The notes under the pieces were generated by a model, which was not told where the DNA came from, made no database searches, and worked only from the letters and a program-made list of their open reading frames with translations. A program made the translations under genes and the position numbers. Positions 10,161 to 19,719 of a stretch of DNA of 64,000 bases are shown here, piece by piece. Where the stretch lies: contig PGZM01000005.1 in NCBI GenBank assembly GCA_002841395.1, positions 142,556 to 206,555 on the forward strand, read 5' to 3'. Numbering within the stretch: position 1 is the first letter of the stretch; every line of letters starts with the position of its first letter. Origin of the DNA: Firmicutes bacterium HGW-Firmicutes-9 (GTDB lineage: Bacteria > Bacillota > Clostridia > Christensenellales > CAG-138).

Positions 10161-10186
10161 GCCCGCCTTTCGGCGGGCTTTTGTTT
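10161..10186 (+). terminator. Intrinsic terminator
   Basis: GCCCGCC-tttc-GGCGGGC followed by TTTTGTTT. Confidence 0.65.
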
Positions 10187-10330
10187 GCCATTATCGGCAA
10201 AAAAGGGATAGAAATGCATTTTCACGCGAGAAACCATGCCGGTACCGGCAAGAAACAAGATGAATAGAAGAAAAATTGCTATATTTCTTGCCGATAGAAT
10301 CCGAAGTTTCGGAAATGCTGATGTATTTGG

Positions 10331-10354
10331 ACAAGAAACCCGCCGTTTGGCGGG
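10331..10354 (-). terminator. Intrinsic terminator for the DUF4236 gene
   Basis: The minus strand reads CCCGCC-aaac-GGCGGG followed by TTTCTTGT. The stem is nearly identical to the terminator at 10161. Confidence 0.5.
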
Positions 10355-10377
10355 TATTGTTTTGATTGATCGATTTA

Positions 10378-11445
10378 TTACAACTTCTGACTACTCAGAA
10401 AGTCAGAATTAGGATACGAACGCATAGCCCTTTCCAGCTGCGAACCGACATCAGGTTTGGAAAGTAGAAACATCACCTTGAACCCGTTCGAGCTTGTCAT
10501 AGTTAGCTCTGAGTACAAGAGCATCGGGAGTTCACGGTTACTCTTAAATCTTCGATCCGGACCTCCATCTATATTAACAAATCTCCAAGTCCGACCAATT
10601 TTCTTGCTGTCCGGCGCGATCCGCTGTTCTTCGATGAATTTTATGTTTTTTTGCCGAATCGTTAACTTCGAGTAAGGTATTGCAAAGATGTTTGAATGCT
10701 TTTGAATTAAAACTTGATCAGGCAAGAAATACAACTTTTGTTTCCCTAGGGTGAGACACGGAACAAGAATATTTGTTTTGAGCAACGGTGGGACTCGATA
10801 CTGTATCTTGAGTCGACGTCGTTTCACCAACCAAGAAGCGCCAGCGTTATACTTAACCACGTCAACCTTCTGCTCCGATACAACGTACCAAGCTGAACGA
10901 CATGTAGCCAATTCATTGAAGTTTCGATAAAAGAGTTGAACTTCTTCTTCAACATCTGGAGTAATATCGTAGTAAAGTAGTGTCGTTTTTCGCGGTTTAT
11001 CCACAAAATAATACAGGATTGGTATTAGAAGTATACAGAGTAGGAATCCGTATTTGGGAACAAGTGTAAGTAATATAGCGAAAGGCCACACAGGGAATCT
11101 TTTTTGTTTGTCTTGCAATTGTTTCACCAGTTCCCGAAAAGAGGAAATAGAGAAGTTTGCGTTATATTTGCTATTGCGGTCTAGAAATAAATTTCGCTGA
11201 TTGCTTTGCTTGTGTGGTGGAGCTTTATCTTCGTCCGTGGGAGTGTATAAACGGGATTTTCTACGGTTTTGCAGTTTGGTGGCTGTGTAATAATACTTAT
11301 CATCTTTTCCGAGGTGAATAAAGTTTCCTTTTGCGCCCAAATCAAAAGATAGTCCCTCAAACCCAATGGATGTTTCAAATCCTTGAGATGAGGGACTGAA
11401 TCGAATGTCTCCAAGTTGAAGAGGTTTTCGAGAATAGAACTTCAA
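10378..11445 (-). CDS. DUF4236-like N-terminal domain protein with two central TM helices and a conserved C-terminal domain
   Basis: LKFYSRKPLQLGDIRFSPSSQGFETSIG resembles DUF4236. The TM pair is FPVWPFAILLTLV and GFLLCILLIPILYYF. I suggest a TTG start at 11445 (AAGAGG 6 nt upstream); an ATG at 11478 is the alternative. Strongly AT-rich (10921-10980 has 20 G+C of 60). Confidence 0.6.
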   Translation of the reverse strand: MKFYSRKPLQLGDIRFSPSSQGFETSIGFEGLSFDLGAKGNFIHLGKDDKYYYTATKLQNRRKSRLYTPTDEDKAPPHKQSNQRNLFLDRNSKYNANFSISSFRELVKQLQDKQKRFPVWPFAILLTLVPKYGFLLCILLIPILYYFVDKPRKTTLLYYDITPDVEEEVQLFYRNFNELATCRSAWYVVSEQKVDVVKYNAGASWLVKRRRLKIQYRVPPLLKTNILVPCLTLGKQKLYFLPDQVLIQKHSNIFAIPYSKLTIRQKNIKFIEEQRIAPDSKKIGRTWRFVNIDGGPDRRFKSNRELPMLLYSELTMTSSNGFKVMFLLSKPDVGSQLERAMRSYPNSDFLSSQKL

Positions 11446-11461
11446 GCTGCGCCTCTTTTCG

Positions 11462-11887
11462 CTATTGCTTCTCCACATATCTCCGGTAGCTGTCCAGAAT
11501 CGCCTGCCAGCCTTGCTGCTGCAGCTCCACGGTGTTTTCGCCTTCCGCTTCAAACGTTTCGACGATGTGGGTGCCGGAGGCGACGGGTTCGAACGTCACG
11601 TGGACCTTGCGATCGTCTCCGAGTGTGGAGTTGAGGGTGCGATAAGGCTCAACCTCATCATAAATGCCCCAGAAGTCAAAGCCCATTTTACCGTCCTTCG
11701 ACTCCATGCGCGAGGAGAATTTTCCTCCGACGCGGACGTCGTTTTCCGCCCGGGGCGTGTGCCAATCCTCCGATGCCTGATTCCACTGCGTAATATGCGC
11801 AGGTTTTGTCCAATATTCCCAAGCCAGCTCCGGCGAAACGGGAACTGTCGTTTCCACGGTAATGCTGATGCGCTCTTTCTGTTCCAT
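11462..11887 (-). CDS. SRPBCC-superfamily protein (AHSA1/Aha1-like)
   Basis: 141 aa with the pattern VSPELAWEYWTKPAHITQW...GGKF...DGKMGFDFWG. Confidence 0.8.
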   Translation of the reverse strand: MEQKERISITVETTVPVSPELAWEYWTKPAHITQWNQASEDWHTPRAENDVRVGGKFSSRMESKDGKMGFDFWGIYDEVEPYRTLNSTLGDDRKVHVTFEPVASGTHIVETFEAEGENTVELQQQGWQAILDSYRRYVEKQ

Positions 11888-11956
11888 TGCGGATACCGCC
11901 TTTCTGAGCGATTGTGCGCTCTTGTTGTTCTGCGGCAGCCGTCTTTGCGGGTTGGA

Positions 11957-13222
11957 TTAATCGACGAAGTCGAACTCCCACTCGCCGAGGCGAATGCTGT
12001 CGCCGTCCTTCGCGCCCATTTCGCGGAGCGCGGAGATGATGCCGTTTTTGACCAGCAACTGCTGGAAGCGGCGCATGGAGATTTCGTCGTCGGGGTTCGT
12101 GGAGTCCAGCAGCTTGTCGATATCGCCACCGGAAACGTCGAACACGCCGTCGTCTCCGCGCTTGATCTTGAATCCCGGCTCGTAGCCGACGCTTTCCACA
12201 AGGTCGGTCTCTTCATAGCGCAGCACAGGCGGGAGCGTATCCAGCACCTGTACGACGCGGTCCAGCAGTGCTTCAAATCCTTGTACGGTCGCGGCCGAAA
12301 CGGGGAACACTTCCACGTCGGGATAGGCCTCTTTAAACCGGGCAAGGTTTTCTTCCGCCTCCGGCAGGTCGGTTTTGTTTGCCGCGACCAGCTGCGGAAT
12401 CTCGCCGAGCACGGGCGAAAACTTCGTCAGCTCGTCGTTGATCTTTTGATAATCTTCCACGGGATCGCGCATCTCGCTGCCGGAGATATCGACAACGTGC
12501 ACCAGCATGCGCGTGCGCTCGATGTGCCGTAAGAAGTCGTGTCCAAGGCCTGCGCCTTCCGCAGCGCCTTCGATGAGGCCGGGAATATCCGCAAGCACGA
12601 ACGAGCGGTTGTGGCGGGACGCCACACCGAGGTTCGGGGACAACGTTGTAAAATGATACGCCGCGATCTTCGGCTTTGCCGCCGTGAGCACGGAGAGAAT
12701 TGTCGATTTGCCGACGGAGGGAAGCCCCACGAGGCCGACGTCCGCGATGGACTTGAGCTCCAGCTCGACTTCGTATTCCGCGGTTTTGATCCCTGGCTGC
12801 GCAAATCTCGGCGCCTGATGCGTTGCGGTCGCAAAACGCGCGTTGCCCTTGCCGCCGCGTCCGCCGTGCAGTATGACGCGCTCCTTGTTGCCTTCGCTCA
12901 TATCCGCGAGGATTGCGCCGCTCTCAAAGTCCCGCACGATGGTGCCGACGGGTACGCGAATGGTGAGCGGTTTGCCGTTTTTGCCCGTGCAAAGTGCCGC
13001 GCCGCCAGCGCCGCCGTTTTCCGCGCGGTAAAAACGCTGAAACTTAAAATCCAGCAGCGTGGACATATGCGGGTCGGCTAAAAACACAAGATCGCCGCCG
13101 CGTCCGCCGTCTCCGCCGTCGGGACCGCCCTGTTGTACATATTTTTCGCGGTGGAAGGATGCGTGTCCGTCTCCGCCGTTGCCGGCCTTGATAACGATGC
13201 GCGCTTTATCGACAAATTGCAT
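11957..13222 (-). CDS. obg: GTPase Obg/CgtA
   Basis: MQFVDKARIVIKAGNGGDGHASFHREKY and a Gly-rich Obg fold, G1 motif GLPSVGKST, and a C-terminal OCT domain. Confidence 0.95.
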   Translation of the reverse strand: MQFVDKARIVIKAGNGGDGHASFHREKYVQQGGPDGGDGGRGGDLVFLADPHMSTLLDFKFQRFYRAENGGAGGAALCTGKNGKPLTIRVPVGTIVRDFESGAILADMSEGNKERVILHGGRGGKGNARFATATHQAPRFAQPGIKTAEYEVELELKSIADVGLVGLPSVGKSTILSVLTAAKPKIAAYHFTTLSPNLGVASRHNRSFVLADIPGLIEGAAEGAGLGHDFLRHIERTRMLVHVVDISGSEMRDPVEDYQKINDELTKFSPVLGEIPQLVAANKTDLPEAEENLARFKEAYPDVEVFPVSAATVQGFEALLDRVVQVLDTLPPVLRYEETDLVESVGYEPGFKIKRGDDGVFDVSGGDIDKLLDSTNPDDEISMRRFQQLLVKNGIISALREMGAKDGDSIRLGEWEFDFVD

Positions 13223-13230
13223 GGTGTAAC

Positions 13231-13956
13231 CTAATCTTTCTTACTGGTTTTGGTTGCTTTGGTTTTACTTGCCGCGGTTTTCTTTGCGACAGGTTTTTTT
13301 GCAGCGGGCTGTTTTCCAGCCTGCTTGCCGCCTTTTACATAAAGGCAAAGGTGGTTGAGCGGACAAATGTCGCACTTCGGCTTTCGCGCGTCGCAAATCT
13401 GCCGCCCGTGATAGATGAGCCAGTGGTGCGCCTGCGTCCAGTGCTCGCGGGGAATCGCTTTTTGCAGCTGCTCTTCGGTCTTCTCGACGTTCTTCGCGTC
13501 GGCTAGCCCGATTCGGTTGCTGACGCGGAACACATGCGTATCCACCGCGATGGCGGGGATGCCAAAGGCGTTGCTCGCGACCACGTTCGCGGTCTTTTTG
13601 CCAACGCCCGGCAGGGTTTGCAGCGTCTCGATGCTCGCGGGTACCTCTCCGCCGTATTCGGCAACGAGGATGCGCGCGGTCTCGAGGATGTGCCGCCCTT
13701 TCGTGTTGAAAAAGCCGCAGCGCTTGATGTAAGGGAAGAGCTCCTCTTCCGTCATCGCGGCGATCTGCTCCGGCGTGTTTGCCACAGGGAACAGCTCTGC
13801 CGTGCATTTGTTGACCATCACGTCCGTACTCTGCGCGGAGAGAATCGTCGCCACCAGCAGCTCAAACGGAGACGTGAAATCCAGCGCGGGTTTCGCGTCC
13901 GGATAGGTCGCGGCCAATATCGCGAGCGCTTCGGTTTTCTGTGCGCGCGTCAGCAT
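13231..13956 (-). CDS. nth: Endonuclease III with a Lys/Ala-rich C-terminal tail
   Basis: HhH-GPD motif LPGVGKKTANVV and Fe-S motif CDARKPKCDICPLNHLC. Confidence 0.9.
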   Translation of the reverse strand: MLTRAQKTEALAILAATYPDAKPALDFTSPFELLVATILSAQSTDVMVNKCTAELFPVANTPEQIAAMTEEELFPYIKRCGFFNTKGRHILETARILVAEYGGEVPASIETLQTLPGVGKKTANVVASNAFGIPAIAVDTHVFRVSNRIGLADAKNVEKTEEQLQKAIPREHWTQAHHWLIYHGRQICDARKPKCDICPLNHLCLYVKGGKQAGKQPAAKKPVAKKTAASKTKATKTSKKD

Positions 13957-14011
13957 TTCAATAACATCTTTCTCGTCCGTTCAGCCGGCAGCGGGTGAAT
14001 TTCAACAAACT

Positions 14012-15370
14012 TTACGTACGGATTTTACCGTTGTATTTGCGCACGATGATGTGCGCGAGCGACAGCGCCTGGTCGAGGATGGACTTCTCGTCCTGTCCCT
14101 CGATCATGATGCGCACGAGCGGCTCGGTACCGCTGGCGCGGATGAGCACGCGCCCGTTTTTGCCGAGCAAGCCCTCGATCTCTTTCGTGAGCGCGGAGAG
14201 TTCCGTGTCCGCAAGCGCGGCTGCTTTCACATCGTTATCTACCGTGACGTTGACGAGCACCTGCGGATATTGCGGAATCTGCGCTGCGAGCTTGCTCAGG
14301 CGTTTTTTCGTCTCCGCGACGACACCGAGCAGCGCAATCGCGCTCATGATGCCGTCTCCGGTGGTGTTTTTCGTGAGCTGGATGATGTGTCCGCTCTGCT
14401 CGCCGCCGATGGAGTAACCGTTTGCCAACATGCTTTCGAGTACGTAGCGATCGCCAACCTTCGTCTCCACGATGCTGATGCCCGCTTCCTTGAGCGCGTT
14501 TTTCAGGCCCAGGTTGCTCATGACGGTCAGCACCAGCGTGTCTTTTGCGAGCGAACCCTTGCTGTGCATATGCATGGCAAGGATGCCCATCGCCTGATCG
14601 CCGTCCACGATATTGCCGTATTCGTCGCAGGAGATCAATCGATCTGCGTCGCCGTCAAACGCAAAGCCGAGGTCCGCGCCGTAGTTGACGACCATCTCCT
14701 GCAGGCGTTCGGGATGCGTACTGCCGCACTGATCGTTGATGTTGATGCCGTCGGGCGCGCAGGATTTTGCGATGACTTCCGCGCCAAGGCGTTCAAACAC
14801 TTCTTTGGCGATAAAGGACGACGCGCCGTGTGCGCAGTCGAGCACGATCCGCAGCCCCTCAAAGCGATACTCCGACTGCTCGACGAGATAGTCGCAATAG
14901 TCTTTTTTCGCGCGGACGGCGGAGATGATGCGGCCGACGTCGCGTCCTTCGGGGCGCGGCAGTTCTTCGCCGCTCTGGATGATGGTTTCGATGCGGTCTT
15001 CGATTTCGTCGAGCAGTTTAAAGCCGCTCTTGTCGAACCATTTGATACCGTTGTATTCCATCGTATTATGGCTGGCGGAGATCATAACCGCCGCGTCCGC
15101 CTCGTAGAGACGAACGAGATATGCCATCGCTGGTGTGGGCAAGATGCCGACATCCAGCACGTCGCCGCCGACGGAGCAGATGCCCGCAGACAGCGCTGCG
15201 CCCAGCATGGTGCCGGATTTTCGCGTGTCCATGCCGACGAGAATGCGCGGGGAATGCACTTCGTTGGTGAGCACATATGCGCCAACCGCGCCGATTTTGA
15301 AGGCGAGTTCGCAGCTGAGATCGCGATTCGCGATGCCACGCACGCCGTCGGTTCCAAATAGTCTACCCAT
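14012..15370 (-). CDS. glmM: Phosphoglucosamine mutase
   Basis: MGRLFGTDGVRG and the active-site sequence SASHNTMEYNGIK. Confidence 0.95.
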   Translation of the reverse strand: MGRLFGTDGVRGIANRDLSCELAFKIGAVGAYVLTNEVHSPRILVGMDTRKSGTMLGAALSAGICSVGGDVLDVGILPTPAMAYLVRLYEADAAVMISASHNTMEYNGIKWFDKSGFKLLDEIEDRIETIIQSGEELPRPEGRDVGRIISAVRAKKDYCDYLVEQSEYRFEGLRIVLDCAHGASSFIAKEVFERLGAEVIAKSCAPDGININDQCGSTHPERLQEMVVNYGADLGFAFDGDADRLISCDEYGNIVDGDQAMGILAMHMHSKGSLAKDTLVLTVMSNLGLKNALKEAGISIVETKVGDRYVLESMLANGYSIGGEQSGHIIQLTKNTTGDGIMSAIALLGVVAETKKRLSKLAAQIPQYPQVLVNVTVDNDVKAAALADTELSALTKEIEGLLGKNGRVLIRASGTEPLVRIMIEGQDEKSILDQALSLAHIIVRKYNGKIRT

Positions 15371-15430
15371 TGAGTATATGTTCTCCTGTTTCGTCAGTTT
15401 GTGTTCCGCGCGGTGCGGAATAGATCTGCC

Positions 15431-16345
15431 TCAATGGCAGGAGATGAACTCCAGCGCGCTGGTCGCGGCGACCGCGCCGTCCGCGCAGGCGGTGATCACC
15501 TGACGAAGCGGCGTATTGCGGATATCGCCTGCGGCATAGACGCCGGGGAGATTCGTCTTCATGAGCTCGTCGGTCACAATGCTTCCGCTCTCATTCAATA
15601 TGACGATGTTCTTAACAAGGTCTGATTGCGGTGTAATGCCGACCGCGACAAACACACCGGATGCCGGTACAACGCGCGTTTGCCCGGTCTTCAGGTCGCG
15701 GATTTCGAGGCCTTCCACATGGCTCTCTCCGGCGAAAGAAACCGGGACGCAGGACAACGCCATATGAATATTTTCGGTCTGCTTGGCTTTTTCCACCAAT
15801 ACGGCCGCCGCACGGAACTCATCTCTGCGGTGCACGATGGTGACATTGGTGCAAAAACGCGAGAGATAGAGCGCGTCCGAAACAGCGGTATCTCCGCCGC
15901 CGACCACAACGACATCCTTTTCTTTAAAGAATGCGCCGTCGCAGGTTGCGCAATAGCTTACGCCAGCGCCGACAAGCTCTTCCTCACGCGGGATGCCGAG
16001 GGAGCGGGCATGCGCACCCATGCAGAGAATAACGGTTTTTGCGGTGTCTTCGCGATCCGGCAGCAGGATACGCTTGGGATCCTCACACAGCACGAGCCCC
16101 GTTGCGCCCGCGTACTCAACCTTTAAACCGAATTTTTCCGCCTGCTTTTGAATCAGCGAGCCGACCTCGTAGCCGACCACGCCATCCGGAAAGCCGGGAT
16201 AGTTTTCTACCAGCGGTGTCTTTGCAATCTGTCCGCCGGGAAAGAGTTCTTCATAGAGGGTGACGCTTGCGCCACCGCGCGCGGCGTATAAGCCAGCGGT
16301 CAATCCAGCGGGGCCGCCGCCGATGATTGCGATATCTGAATGCAT
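15431..16345 (-). CDS. trxB: Thioredoxin-disulfide reductase
   Basis: IIGGGPAGLTAG and redox motif CATCDG. I prefer the ATG at 16345, which has a GGAGG upstream, over the track start at 16369. Confidence 0.9.
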   Translation of the reverse strand: MHSDIAIIGGGPAGLTAGLYAARGGASVTLYEELFPGGQIAKTPLVENYPGFPDGVVGYEVGSLIQKQAEKFGLKVEYAGATGLVLCEDPKRILLPDREDTAKTVILCMGAHARSLGIPREEELVGAGVSYCATCDGAFFKEKDVVVVGGGDTAVSDALYLSRFCTNVTIVHRRDEFRAAAVLVEKAKQTENIHMALSCVPVSFAGESHVEGLEIRDLKTGQTRVVPASGVFVAVGITPQSDLVKNIVILNESGSIVTDELMKTNLPGVYAAGDIRNTPLRQVITACADGAVAATSALEFISCH

Positions 16346-16562
16346 ACGAAAAAAACCTCCACGATTCACTCAAAAAGTACTTATTAGTATAGCGAGACTT
16401 TGGTAAAAAAGCAATTCACGCGGGGGAAACCGCGTGTGACTAGCGCACAGACCCCCCGAAACGGGTGACGATTTTCCGTGCGAAACGTTTGACGCAGGTA
16501 TACACAATCTCGTATACTGACGACATGTGGTCTCGTAAGCAGACCCGATGAAGGAGCGGCGC

Positions 16563-18086
16563 ATGCGCCCGGAAAGCCTGTTTTTTGACCGCGGTGGCAA
16601 GCAGGGGCTTGCAAGAGCGGTATCGATGGTCGTCACGATTGCATTTCTCGTGCTGACCGGATACAGTATCATCCGTTACAAACACTTTGCCTATCTGTTG
16701 CGCACGGAGCTATTGACCACGCCGCAATTCGGCTGGCTGCTGATTTCGTATGCTGTGCTTGCGCTGTTGACCATCGGTATCATCCGCTGGGCAAACTGCC
16801 GCGTGAAGCGCATGCCCGCGCTCTGGGCTGTCGGCATATTCATCATCGCTCTGCTGCCGCGACTGTTCGTCCTGCTTACGCTGCGCGCGCCCGCGTTCGG
16901 TGGCGTGCTGTTCGGTCGGGAGAATCTCTCGGCGTTCGTTCTGCCGGAAAACCTAGCTGCAATTCTATACTCTGCAATTTCTGCGCTCTCAGCCGCGGTC
17001 GTCTATTTGATCGCGCGCCGGTTTGACGACGGCAGCGCACCCGCAGCCGGGTTGCTGTTTGCGCTGTATCCTGCGAATATCATACTTTGCGCGTCGCAGC
17101 CTGTTCTGCAGAGCGCGTTATTGCTTGTGTTGCTGTCCGTACTGTTTGCGATTCGCGCGCTCTCTGCGTTCCGGCGCGGACAGGCGATTCTGTTTGCAGC
17201 ACTGGGCGGGCTTGCGCTGGGTGTGTGCGCGGTAGTGCTCGTGTCTGCCTGGGTGGTGGCGCTCGCGTTCGGCGCATTCTGGGCGGTGCTGTTGCTCTCC
17301 TCGTTCCGAATCGAAAAAGAGCCACTTCGGCTGCTGCTGATCGCGCTTGCGTTTATTGCCGTGTTTTTCTCGCTCCGTGTGATCGTGCTGATACCATCCG
17401 CGGGCGGGATGCTGGACGGCAACCTCACTGCCGTAAACGCGGCGGGTGCCGCCGAGCAGGCGCGGGAGGGTCAGGCGATTCTGGATTCACTGGACTGGGA
17501 CACGGTGAAGCAGGGTTATAATCTCGTTGGAAAGCCTGTACGGCTGGATGCAAACCTCACGCAGCTCTGGTTGGAGAAGGATGGAGCATTGCAAATCGCG
17601 ACAAGTGTCCCTGCATTCTCCGCCTCAAAACTCGCTCCATTTGCCGATGCAATCCGTTTGATGGACTTCTTCTACATCGCGGTGATTTTCCTGTTTGCAT
17701 GGATCGGCGGCTTGCTTCGCAAGCGCGGCGGTGCGGGCGACCTGCTACTTTGGGTGTTTCTCGTGTGGGCGGTTGCGCATCTCTTCAGCGACCTGCAGAT
17801 GATCACGCGTGCGCTGGGGATGCCGCTTCTGATGATCTTTGCGTCGTTCGGCGTGTTCGCCATCGTCGGCGCGGAACCGCGTCCAAAGGAACGGGGGAAG
17901 TACGACGCCTGCGTTAATCGCGGCGCGCTCAACCTCGGTTGCATTCCTGCAACGGACGGGGATGCCTGCGTTTCCGGCGCGTTTCATCCGGCAACCGGCG
18001 GGACAAAGCACGCAGGCGGCGGAGTGTATGCCGCGATGGAAGCGGATCTCGCGAAACAGGAACCGCAGGAGCCGGAACGAATTTAG
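16563..18086 (+). CDS. Polytopic membrane protein (possibly GT39/ArnT-like glycosyltransferase)
   Basis: At least 10 hydrophobic segments. AAGGAG lies 6 nt before the ATG at 16563, and TTGACG-18-TATACT lies upstream (about 16488-16517). The functional call is weak. Confidence 0.6.
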   Translation: MRPESLFFDRGGKQGLARAVSMVVTIAFLVLTGYSIIRYKHFAYLLRTELLTTPQFGWLLISYAVLALLTIGIIRWANCRVKRMPALWAVGIFIIALLPRLFVLLTLRAPAFGGVLFGRENLSAFVLPENLAAILYSAISALSAAVVYLIARRFDDGSAPAAGLLFALYPANIILCASQPVLQSALLLVLLSVLFAIRALSAFRRGQAILFAALGGLALGVCAVVLVSAWVVALAFGAFWAVLLLSSFRIEKEPLRLLLIALAFIAVFFSLRVIVLIPSAGGMLDGNLTAVNAAGAAEQAREGQAILDSLDWDTVKQGYNLVGKPVRLDANLTQLWLEKDGALQIATSVPAFSASKLAPFADAIRLMDFFYIAVIFLFAWIGGLLRKRGGAGDLLLWVFLVWAVAHLFSDLQMITRALGMPLLMIFASFGVFAIVGAEPRPKERGKYDACVNRGALNLGCIPATDGDACVSGAFHPATGGTKHAGGGVYAAMEADLAKQEPQEPERI

Positions 18087-18122
18087 TGACGAACAACATA
18101 AACATAACGGGGGAATAACAAT

Positions 18123-18884
18123 ATGAAAGAATCTTATCAAGATATCAACGCCAAGACGGTCGATCAATGGGTCGAAGACGGTTGGGAATGGGGCACACCG
18201 ATTACGCATGAGCAGTTCCTTGCGGCAAAAGCGGGGGATTGGAGCATCGTGCTTACACCGACCAAGCCCGTTCCGCGCGACTGGTTTCCCGATCTGAAGG
18301 GCAAAAAACTCCTTGGTCTTGCGTGCGGCGGCGGCCAGCAGATGCCGATCTTCGCGGCAGCGGGCGCTGTCTGCACCGTGCTGGACTATTCCGAACGGCA
18401 GCTAGAGAGCGAGCGGATGGTAGCCGCGCGCGAGGGATACGAGATCGATATCGTGCGCGCGGACATGACCAAGCCCCTACCGTTTGCGGATGAAAGTTTC
18501 GACATCATCGTGCATCCTGTTTCCAACTGCTATATCCGCGAGGTAGAGCCGGTTTGGCGCGAATGCTATCGCATCCTCAAGCCCGGTGGTGTGCTGCTCG
18601 CGGGCGTGGACAACGGCATCAACTACATCTTTGATGAGACGGAGACGACGCTGACGCACAGTCTTCCGTTTGATCCGCTGAGCGATCCCGCGCTGATGGA
18701 AGTGCTGCAGAAAACCAACGACGGCGTGCAGTTTTCGCATACGTTTGAAGAGCAGGTCGGAGGACAGCTCAAGGCGGGTTTTGTGCTGACGCATCTGTTT
18801 GAGGATGTCAACGGCTATGGCAAGTTGCATGAGATGAACATTCCGACCTTCCTCGCCACGCGCGCGATCAAGCCGAGCATCTAA
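18123..18884 (+). CDS. Class I SAM-dependent methyltransferase
   Basis: Motif I LGLACGGGQQ and an acidic loop VLDYS. Confidence 0.85.
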   Translation: MKESYQDINAKTVDQWVEDGWEWGTPITHEQFLAAKAGDWSIVLTPTKPVPRDWFPDLKGKKLLGLACGGGQQMPIFAAAGAVCTVLDYSERQLESERMVAAREGYEIDIVRADMTKPLPFADESFDIIVHPVSNCYIREVEPVWRECYRILKPGGVLLAGVDNGINYIFDETETTLTHSLPFDPLSDPALMEVLQKTNDGVQFSHTFEEQVGGQLKAGFVLTHLFEDVNGYGKLHEMNIPTFLATRAIKPSI

Positions 18885-18909
18885 GCTCCTGAAGCAGACA
18901 ACGTAATAA

Positions 18910-18935
18910 GCCGCCGGATTATCCGGCGGCTTTTT
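18910..18935. terminator. Bidirectional terminator overlapping the stop codon of the Crp/Fnr gene
   Basis: GCCGCCGGA-tta-TCCGGCGGC followed by T5. Confidence 0.6.
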
Positions 18936-19572
18936 CGCGCAGCTTAGTTTCATTTATTATGTGGTATCCGTCAGAGTGCTTCTTCAACAATCCTTCTTCG
19001 CCAAATGCTTTGAGCGAGCGGAGCAGATGGCGATAACTCACGCCCAGCTGTTCCGCAACGTCGATCAACCGCTCGGAGAACACGCCGTTTTGCGCGCTTA
19101 GCAGCAAGTATTCGCTCAGCCGCGCTTCAAACGGCCGCAATATGATCGCCGTCGTGCTTGATACGCTCGTATGCAACTTGACGGAGAGTCCCTTTGCCAC
19201 GCGCAGCACAAACGGAAGGTGCGCGAGGATCGCGCTCGCGTAAACCTGCAGCGGCAGCGCGATGCAGACCACAGGCGTCACTGCCTGCACGGAGGAGATC
19301 GCCTCTTTACGACACATCATCAGCTCGACATCGCCCATGATGCCCTCGGAGATGTAGTAACACAAGAGCAGATTTCGCCCGCTTTCGTCGCTCATGCAAA
19401 CCTTTGCCTTGCCCGAGAGCAGGATGTAAAGATACGGAATCTCCTGCTCGGCGTGCATCATCCATTCGCAGCGTTCAAAGCGGAGCAGCATCGCCGCGGA
19501 GAGATCCAGCCAGTCCAGCGCGTATTCCGCGAGCGCAGGCGCATATTGTGCTGGCAGCTTTTGTTTTTGCAT
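18919..19572 (-). CDS. Crp/Fnr-family transcriptional regulator
   Basis: cNMP-binding-like beta-barrel region plus a C-terminal HTH (VAEQLGVSYRHLLRSLK). The ATG at 19572 has GGGAGG upstream. Confidence 0.85.
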   Translation of the reverse strand: MQKQKLPAQYAPALAEYALDWLDLSAAMLLRFERCEWMMHAEQEIPYLYILLSGKAKVCMSDESGRNLLLCYYISEGIMGDVELMMCRKEAISSVQAVTPVVCIALPLQVYASAILAHLPFVLRVAKGLSVKLHTSVSSTTAIILRPFEARLSEYLLLSAQNGVFSERLIDVAEQLGVSYRHLLRSLKAFGEEGLLKKHSDGYHIINETKLREKAAG

Positions 19573-19602
19573 GCTGTTATCCTCCCGAATATTTATATTT
19601 AG

Positions 19603-19618
19603 TGTGACATATGTCATA
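19603..19618. promoter_or_regulatory. CRP/FNR-type palindrome TGTGA-N6-TCATA in the divergent promoter region
   Basis: TGTGACATATGTCATA, whose core TGACATATGTCA is a perfect 12-bp palindrome. It lies 31-46 nt upstream of the regulator start codon. Confidence 0.5.
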
Positions 19619-19719
19619 TGCCGCGTCAAGCATTCGCTCTATACTCAGGGTGTCAATCTACGCGTTTTGCGCGCAAATCCCGCGGATATGGCGAAATCGG
19701 CCCTTGGAGTGAACCCATA

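Noticed and set aside
11465-15361. Plus-strand ORFs 11465-12532 (355 aa), 12539-13081 (180 aa) and 14051-15361 (436 aa)
   Set aside because: They are antisense to SRPBCC/obg and glmM, which are highly conserved housekeeping genes on the minus strand.
16417-16436. Hairpin CACGCGG-gggaaa-CCGCGTG in the trxB / membrane-protein divergent region
   Set aside because: It has no T-run and no conserved riboswitch-like context, and it lies upstream of the predicted promoter. It is probably an incidental GC-rich palindrome.
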